Below, in pieces: positions 26,814 through 32,000 of a stretch of 32,000 bases of DNA (position 1 is its first letter; each line of letters begins with the position of its first letter). Location: contig NZ_MVFY01000002.1 of assembly GCF_002042885.1 (NCBI RefSeq), positions 478,995 to 510,994 of the forward strand, read 5' to 3'. This DNA is from Citrobacter portucalensis. GTDB lineage: Bacteria > Pseudomonadota > Gammaproteobacteria > Enterobacterales > Enterobacteriaceae. Below the pieces are notes generated by a model. That model saw only the letters and a program-made list of their open reading frames with translations, was not told the DNA's origin and ran no database searches. Made by a program: the position numbers and the translations under genes.

Positions 26814-28219
26814 AGCTTGATCTCCACCGATTGAATGCTGCGATTATTTAAGGCGAACGCCTGGCGAAGCGAGCCAGTGTTATAGAGGCAGTTCAGCTGG
26901 AGCTGGCGCAGCTGGTTTTGAGTCTGGAGTTCGGCAAAACGGGCCTGATACACCTCTTGCTCGGCGTTAAGCACGTCGAGCAGCGGGCGCGAACCGAGGT
27001 CCAGATACTGCTGTTGATAAAGCTCGCGCGTTTGTTCACTCAGTCGCTGCTGGCGGCGCAGAATCTGCAGGGCGGTGGCGAGGCTCATTGCCTGGCTGCG
27101 GGACTCCAGTAATTTTTGTCGTACTTCGAGTCGGGTGCGCTGGATGGAGTATTGTGCAGACTCTACCGCATGGCTGGCGGCGTTGTGCCTGGCGGTGAGT
27201 CCGCCCCCCTGATACAGCGGCATCTCAACTTTTACCCACGTTGAGTACTGGGTTTTGTCGAGCACCTCATGGCTGGGGTATTTGTCGTTGAGATAATGCT
27301 GCACCGACGGTTCCAAAGAGATGGTGGGCGTCATCTGCGCGTTGGCGTAATCGAGATTTGCCTGTGCCACATTTGCCTGCGCCCAGGCCGCCAGAACCGC
27401 GGGAACCAGTTTATCTTCCGGTTTGACCACATCGCAGCTGCTGTCCAGTTTGGCCGGGAATTCGTTGCTGATGCCGTTAAGTGAGTTCCAGCCGAGGTAA
27501 CTCATCAATGTGGCCTTACTGCTGTCGAGATTGGCCTGATACTGCGCCAGCTGAGAACGCGCAGACTCGATACGCGCATCGGTTTGCACCACGTCGGACA
27601 GCGAGGTTGCCCCTTCATCATTGCGTTGTCGGGTCAGTCGACCAATGTCGTTTAAGGCGGTGAGCTGTTCTTCGGCGGCGTCCACCATTTGCTGCCACGT
27701 CTGCACCTGGACTATCGCGTTGGCGGTTGCGTGGGCGATGGTATCAATACTGAGTAACACATTCGCCTGCTGTTGTGCGGCTCCGGCGGTCTCGGCGCGG
27801 ACCTGGCTTGCCACTTTGCCGAAGTCGTACAGCATTTGTGACACCGAAATAACCAGCGCCGGGCTAAAGCCGTGGTCGGTATAGGTATTGCTGTAACCGT
27901 TATTCATTCCGGCAGAAACCTGCGGGTAATATTTCGATTTCGCCACGTCGATCTGTTCGTTTTGCGAAAGCAGTTTGCCGATCGATTCACGAATAGAAGG
28001 ATGCCAGCTCACGGCACGACTTACCGCGTCGTTGAGCATCAGGTTGCCGGGGGCGGCAGCGCTCAGCGGCAGATCGGCAACCGCGCCGTCCAGCGAGGGA
28101 AGCATCTGGCTGGTGGCCAGTCCTTCCGGCGTAATAATTTGCGGTTCATCTTCGGCATTCACCCGCAGGGTACAGAGCGTTAATGCCAGAAGTAATGCAA
28201 CAGGCGCGACATTTCTCAT
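26810..28219 (-). CDS. TolC-family outer membrane channel of a type I secretion system (BapB-like)
   Basis: LMLNDAVSRAVSWHPSIRESIGKLLSQ and second repeat VKVEMPLYQGGGLTARHNAASH typical of TolC/AggA/LapE proteins. Confidence 0.92.
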   Translation of the reverse strand: MRNVAPVALLLALTLCTLRVNAEDEPQIITPEGLATSQMLPSLDGAVADLPLSAAAPGNLMLNDAVSRAVSWHPSIRESIGKLLSQNEQIDVAKSKYYPQVSAGMNNGYSNTYTDHGFSPALVISVSQMLYDFGKVASQVRAETAGAAQQQANVLLSIDTIAHATANAIVQVQTWQQMVDAAEEQLTALNDIGRLTRQRNDEGATSLSDVVQTDARIESARSQLAQYQANLDSSKATLMSYLGWNSLNGISNEFPAKLDSSCDVVKPEDKLVPAVLAAWAQANVAQANLDYANAQMTPTISLEPSVQHYLNDKYPSHEVLDKTQYSTWVKVEMPLYQGGGLTARHNAASHAVESAQYSIQRTRLEVRQKLLESRSQAMSLATALQILRRQQRLSEQTRELYQQQYLDLGSRPLLDVLNAEQEVYQARFAELQTQNQLRQLQLNCLYNTGSLRQAFALNNRSIQSVEIKL

Positions 28220-28319
28220 AGTTTATCCCTTACAAAATACGGCAGCGACGACTGTTATTGCCCCGGACGTCATGGCATCCGGGGCTGTAGTTATGGCGCT
28301 TTAACGCATTGCGTTAACG

Positions 28320-31300
28320 TCAGGGCACGATGTGATTTTGTTGCACCAGCTCATCGAGCGTGGTGTGTACGTTCTCCAGCGTTATGAGATTGGTTGAGTG
28401 ATATGTGTTGCCCGTACCGTCGCGGTCGATGGCAATCACCGTGTTGTTACCGCTGGTGGTTACGGTGAGGTAGTTGCCGAGCGTAGCGTTCTGCCCGTTC
28501 CAGCCCACCAGCAGGTCGCCGATATCGATTTTGTCACCCTGGGCCAGTGAGAAGTTGGTCCAGGTGTCGGTAGCACCATTGCTAATGTTGCCGCCGGTAG
28601 CGTCGTTGGCGTTGAGCAGGTGATAAATCAGCGTATCGCCGTAGGCCGAACCGGTGATTACGTCATGCTGTGCGCTGCTTGCCATCTGCGGATTCATATT
28701 GATGGTCAGCGTTGCGGTGTCCGTATGCCCGTTTTGGTCGTTAAGCGTATAGGTAAAGGTCTCTTTACTGGTGAGCGATGCTACGGTTGTACCCGGTTTT
28801 AGCGTGTAGATGTATGAGCCATCCAGGTTCATAGTCAGTGAACCATAATGACCCTGAATTGTTGCGCTACTGGCGCTGCTGGCCGGATTAAGGGTGGCAG
28901 TACTGCCGTTAAAGCCAATGACGGTGAGCTGGGTATGGACGGTTGAGAGCTGATCGTGCGCACCTGCGGCATCACTACCATCAAAAATATTGCCATTCAC
29001 CGTGGTGGCGTTAACGTCATAGGTATTGAGGTGCCATGTCGTACCCGTGACGTTCGGTGTAATACTGACGTTGCCAACTGCCAGTCCTCCCATCGTTCCT
29101 GTGAAGCTGATGTTGTAATGGCCTGCGGCTAACTCAGCATTACCCAGTGAGACGGCAATTGAACTGCCTAACAGGCTGATTGAACTGGCGGGTACAGAGC
29201 CAGAAAGCGAGAATCCGTCAGGACCTGTTATTGTCCAGGTAATGCCCAGCGTACCGACGGTGATAAGCGTGCCGATATTGAAGTTGAGCGTGGCGCCTTT
29301 CAGAACGTCATTTGTCGCGATATCAAACGAACCTGTACCGGTTGCTTTGCTCCCCAGCGTCGGAATTGTCGCTGTTCCCAGCGCGCCGCTTCCGTACGCA
29401 GCAGAATCCTGAACGGTACTAACCGCCATCGTGCTGCTGACGTCATTTACTGCATCCAGCGCCTGTGGGGTTGGTTTGATATTCAGCGATGCACTGCCGG
29501 TATCGCCGTTTGGCGCTTTGATCTTATACACGAAACTGTCCGGCGTATTGATACCGTCTGCGCCCAGTCCGCTTCTCAGCGTGTAGGTGTAGTTCCCTTT
29601 CGCATCAATAGTCAGCGTGCCGTACTGCCCGTTAATGGTGGTTGTACCCGTTCCGTTTACGGTGACACCGTTAACTTCGGTGATAACGGTATTGGCCGGA
29701 GCCGAGTCGTTGACCAGCAGGTTTCCATTGGTTGTCGCACTCAGGCTGTCGACGGCGTAGGTGTGATCGGCCTGTATATTCAGGGTATAGCTGGTCAGCA
29801 GCGTCAGACCGCCGGAGGCGTTAAGCAGGAACAGATAGTCACCGCCAGGCAGGGTGATGGTGTAATCCGTTGAGCTACCTCCTAGCAGCGCCGTGACCCA
29901 GTTGGGCTTCACGCGGAACTGCTCATACTGCTGAATGGACTCGTTGAAGCGATAAACATAGAGGTCAAAACCGCCAACCGTGACGCCGAGAACGCTGGCC
30001 TTGACGGTCAACGTGCGGGTTGCGCCATCATCCACATTAAATTTGATCGGATTGGTTAAACCGTTAACCAGACTGACATCCAGCACATTGCCCAGTCCGA
30101 CGTTGGCGAGGGTGAAGCCGGTTTGCTGTGATGTGCCATGATCAACCGCGATGACCTGCGTCCCGTAAGTCAGCGCAGCCACATCGTCTGCCGCGGTTAC
30201 CGTACTGGTGGTGGGCGCCTGACCGAGCGTTACCACCAGTTTTGCCGAGGAGTGATCGCTGCCATGCGTCAGCGTGTAGGTGAAACTTTCGGAACGGCCA
30301 TACACCGAGATTGACGTATTGGTCAGGGTATAGGTGTAACTACCGTTCTGATTGATATGCAGGATGCCGTATTTCCCCTGCACATCAATGCCGCCCGCCG
30401 GGATGTTCACGACGTTGCCGTTACCGTCGGTGATGGCGGTGACCAGCGTGCCGGAAGGGGCATTATCCTGCCCGTTGGCGGGATCGGTATCGGTGATGAT
30501 ATTGCCAGACTCGGTAGTACCGCCGGTGATGGTTCCTGCGCTGGCTTTTACCACTGAGACATCAAGGCTGGTGTATGCCCCGGTCGCCAGCAGGTTGGTG
30601 TTGTAGCTGACCACGCGGTAATCACCGCCAGTCAGTCCGCTGTAATTGAGCGTTACGCCTGAGGCGCCCAGAGTGAGGAGGCTGGCAAAGTCTGGTTTCC
30701 CGGTATCCACCACCGTCACCCAGGCATTCAGCGCGGTGTCAAAGCGCTGGATGACGACTTCAAGTGTGTTTAACAGCGACAGCACCACGCCGGTCGCTGC
30801 GGCATTGATTGTAATGGATCCGCTGCCACCAGAAGCGATGCTGAAATTCACGCTTGCCGTATCGTTCCCCAGCACGTTGGCGACATTTCCCAGCGCATTG
30901 ACCAACAGGAAACCATAATCGCTTTGATGCTCGGTGCTGACGGTGACATCGGTTTGTAGCGGCAGGCTGGTGACATTGTCTTCAGCCAGCAGCGGCAATA
31001 CTGGTGCGAGAGCGCTTGTCGGCGATGAGGTATTTCCCGCAGCATCGGTCGCCGTGGCGGACAGCGACTGCCCTTCAATCTGGCGAACCGGCAGGTTGAC
31101 GCTGTAGACACCGCTGCTGTTGGCGATTGCCGTCACGCTGGTGCCGCCGGGCAGAGAAATGGTGACCGTGCTTCCCGCTTCGGCGACGCCGCTGACGGTA
31201 CCGCCATCGGCGCTGATCAGGAGCGTTGGCGCGGTCGGTGGCGTGGTGTCCACGATCACGCTGAACGAACCGGACAACCCACTTGCGCCGTTGGCGTTGG

Positions 31301-32000
31301 TTGCCGTGGCGGTAAACGCATGGTTACCTTCGCTGAGTGCACCGGATGGGGTAAAGCTCCAGATCCCGTTACCGTCTGCGGTCGTGAAGCCCATTAGCAC
31401 ACCGTTGTTGTACAGATTGATGACGGCGTTAGCCTGCGCCGTTCCGCTGAGCGTTGGCAGGGTGTCATTGGTGGTTTTACCGGGAGCGACGGGTCCCATG
31501 ATAGTGCCGACGTCATCGAGCACGCTGGCAATAACAGGCGCAGGCGGTACGCCGGTAAACGGTGCCAGCACGTTACCCGCCGTACCGATGTTGCCTGCGG
31601 CATCCTGTGCGCTGACCAGCAGAGTTTGCCCACTGATTTGCGGTGGGTTCAGAGTGAAGGTGAAATTACCGGAGGCGTTGGCGGTTGCCGTGCCGAGCAC
31701 CGTTCCGCCGCTGGAGGTAATAATGACCGTGCTGTTTGGCTCGGCAACGCCGGTGAGCGCGGTGCCGTTGGCGTTTACCGCCAGCCCGGCTGGAATACCC
31801 GGGGCAACGGTATCGACCACGATCGCTGCCGCAGACGATATGCCACTGGTATTACCCGCACTGTCCGTTGCAGTGATGGTAAACGAGTGGGTACCTTGTG
31901 CCAACACGGTAGTCGGGGTGTAGCTCCAGTTGCCGCTGCCGTCCGCCGTTACGCTGGTGACAAAGCTGCCGTTATCATAAATATCAACTCGCGCGTTGGC
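28320..32000 (-). CDS. bapA: Giant type I-secreted repeat adhesin, BapA-like; C-terminal part only (5' end outside window)
   Basis: Frame stays open past 31907 to the window edge (ANARVDIYDNGSFVTSVTADGSGNWSYTPTT...). Ig-like and VCBS-like repeats and a C-terminal secretion domain (DVITGSAYGDTLIYHLLNANDATGG...WTNFSLAQGDKIDIGDLLVG). Next to T1SS genes and ssrA as in Salmonella bapABCD. Confidence 0.85.
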   Translation of the reverse strand, partial: ANARVDIYDNGSFVTSVTADGSGNWSYTPTTVLAQGTHSFTITATDSAGNTSGISSAAAIVVDTVAPGIPAGLAVNANGTALTGVAEPNSTVIITSSGGTVLGTATANASGNFTFTLNPPQISGQTLLVSAQDAAGNIGTAGNVLAPFTGVPPAPVIASVLDDVGTIMGPVAPGKTTNDTLPTLSGTAQANAVINLYNNGVLMGFTTADGNGIWSFTPSGALSEGNHAFTATATNANGASGLSGSFSVIVDTTPPTAPTLLISADGGTVSGVAEAGSTVTISLPGGTSVTAIANSSGVYSVNLPVRQIEGQSLSATATDAAGNTSSPTSALAPVLPLLAEDNVTSLPLQTDVTVSTEHQSDYGFLLVNALGNVANVLGNDTASVNFSIASGGSGSITINAAATGVVLSLLNTLEVVIQRFDTALNAWVTVVDTGKPDFASLLTLGASGVTLNYSGLTGGDYRVVSYNTNLLATGAYTSLDVSVVKASAGTITGGTTESGNIITDTDPANGQDNAPSGTLVTAITDGNGNVVNIPAGGIDVQGKYGILHINQNGSYTYTLTNTSISVYGRSESFTYTLTHGSDHSSAKLVVTLGQAPTTSTVTAADDVAALTYGTQVIAVDHGTSQQTGFTLANVGLGNVLDVSLVNGLTNPIKFNVDDGATRTLTVKASVLGVTVGGFDLYVYRFNESIQQYEQFRVKPNWVTALLGGSSTDYTITLPGGDYLFLLNASGGLTLLTSYTLNIQADHTYAVDSLSATTNGNLLVNDSAPANTVITEVNGVTVNGTGTTTINGQYGTLTIDAKGNYTYTLRSGLGADGINTPDSFVYKIKAPNGDTGSASLNIKPTPQALDAVNDVSSTMAVSTVQDSAAYGSGALGTATIPTLGSKATGTGSFDIATNDVLKGATLNFNIGTLITVGTLGITWTITGPDGFSLSGSVPASSISLLGSSIAVSLGNAELAAGHYNISFTGTMGGLAVGNVSITPNVTGTTWHLNTYDVNATTVNGNIFDGSDAAGAHDQLSTVHTQLTVIGFNGSTATLNPASSASSATIQGHYGSLTMNLDGSYIYTLKPGTTVASLTSKETFTYTLNDQNGHTDTATLTINMNPQMASSAQHDVITGSAYGDTLIYHLLNANDATGGNISNGATDTWTNFSLAQGDKIDIGDLLVGWNGQNATLGNYLTVTTSGNNTVIAIDRDGTGNTYHSTNLITLENVHTTLDELVQQNHIVP

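Noticed and set aside
31120-31923. 267-aa plus-strand ORF inside bapA
   Set aside because: Complement of Ig-like repeats; the minus-strand frame continues through to the window edge.
1-32000. CRISPR arrays
   Set aside because: No regularly spaced identical short repeats with unique spacers were seen; repeats present are iterons, arm sites and protein-coding repeats.

Overview
Enterobacterial accessory region in four blocks. (1) 1-7.6 kb: sugar ABC transporter (periplasmic protein tail, ATPase, permease) followed by inositol-catabolism-type genes (Gfo/Idh/MocA dehydrogenase, IolC-DUF2090 fusion, IolE, IolB). (2) 7.8-11.3 kb: an invasin/intimin-type inverse autotransporter with Ig-like repeats. 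(3) about 11.84-23.02 kb: an apparently complete P4-like phage satellite at the 3' end of ssrA (tmRNA). It has alpha primase-helicase, a Cnr-like ORF, an Icd-like ORF, a CI/C4-type antisense RNA, an AlpA regulator, Sid, a Delta/Ogr-like activator and Psu. It also has a cos-like 19-mer, two iteron clusters, an integrase, repeated integrase-arm-like sequences at both ends and a degenerate att-like repeat. (4) 23.4-32 kb: a bapABCD-like type I secretion operon with a giant repeat adhesin that runs off the window. The most interesting content is in the satellite slot between psu/cos and int. It holds an AT-rich two-gene cassette: a YVDD reverse transcriptase with a long alpha-helical C-terminus, and a 4-bp-overlapping companion with a convincing PD-(D/E)XK nuclease motif. 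Both genes are translationally packed behind the integrase gene. This is a candidate RT-based anti-phage defence system. A second small PD-(D/E)XK-like ORF sits near the other end of the satellite. All family assignments come from reading and recall; no database search was run.
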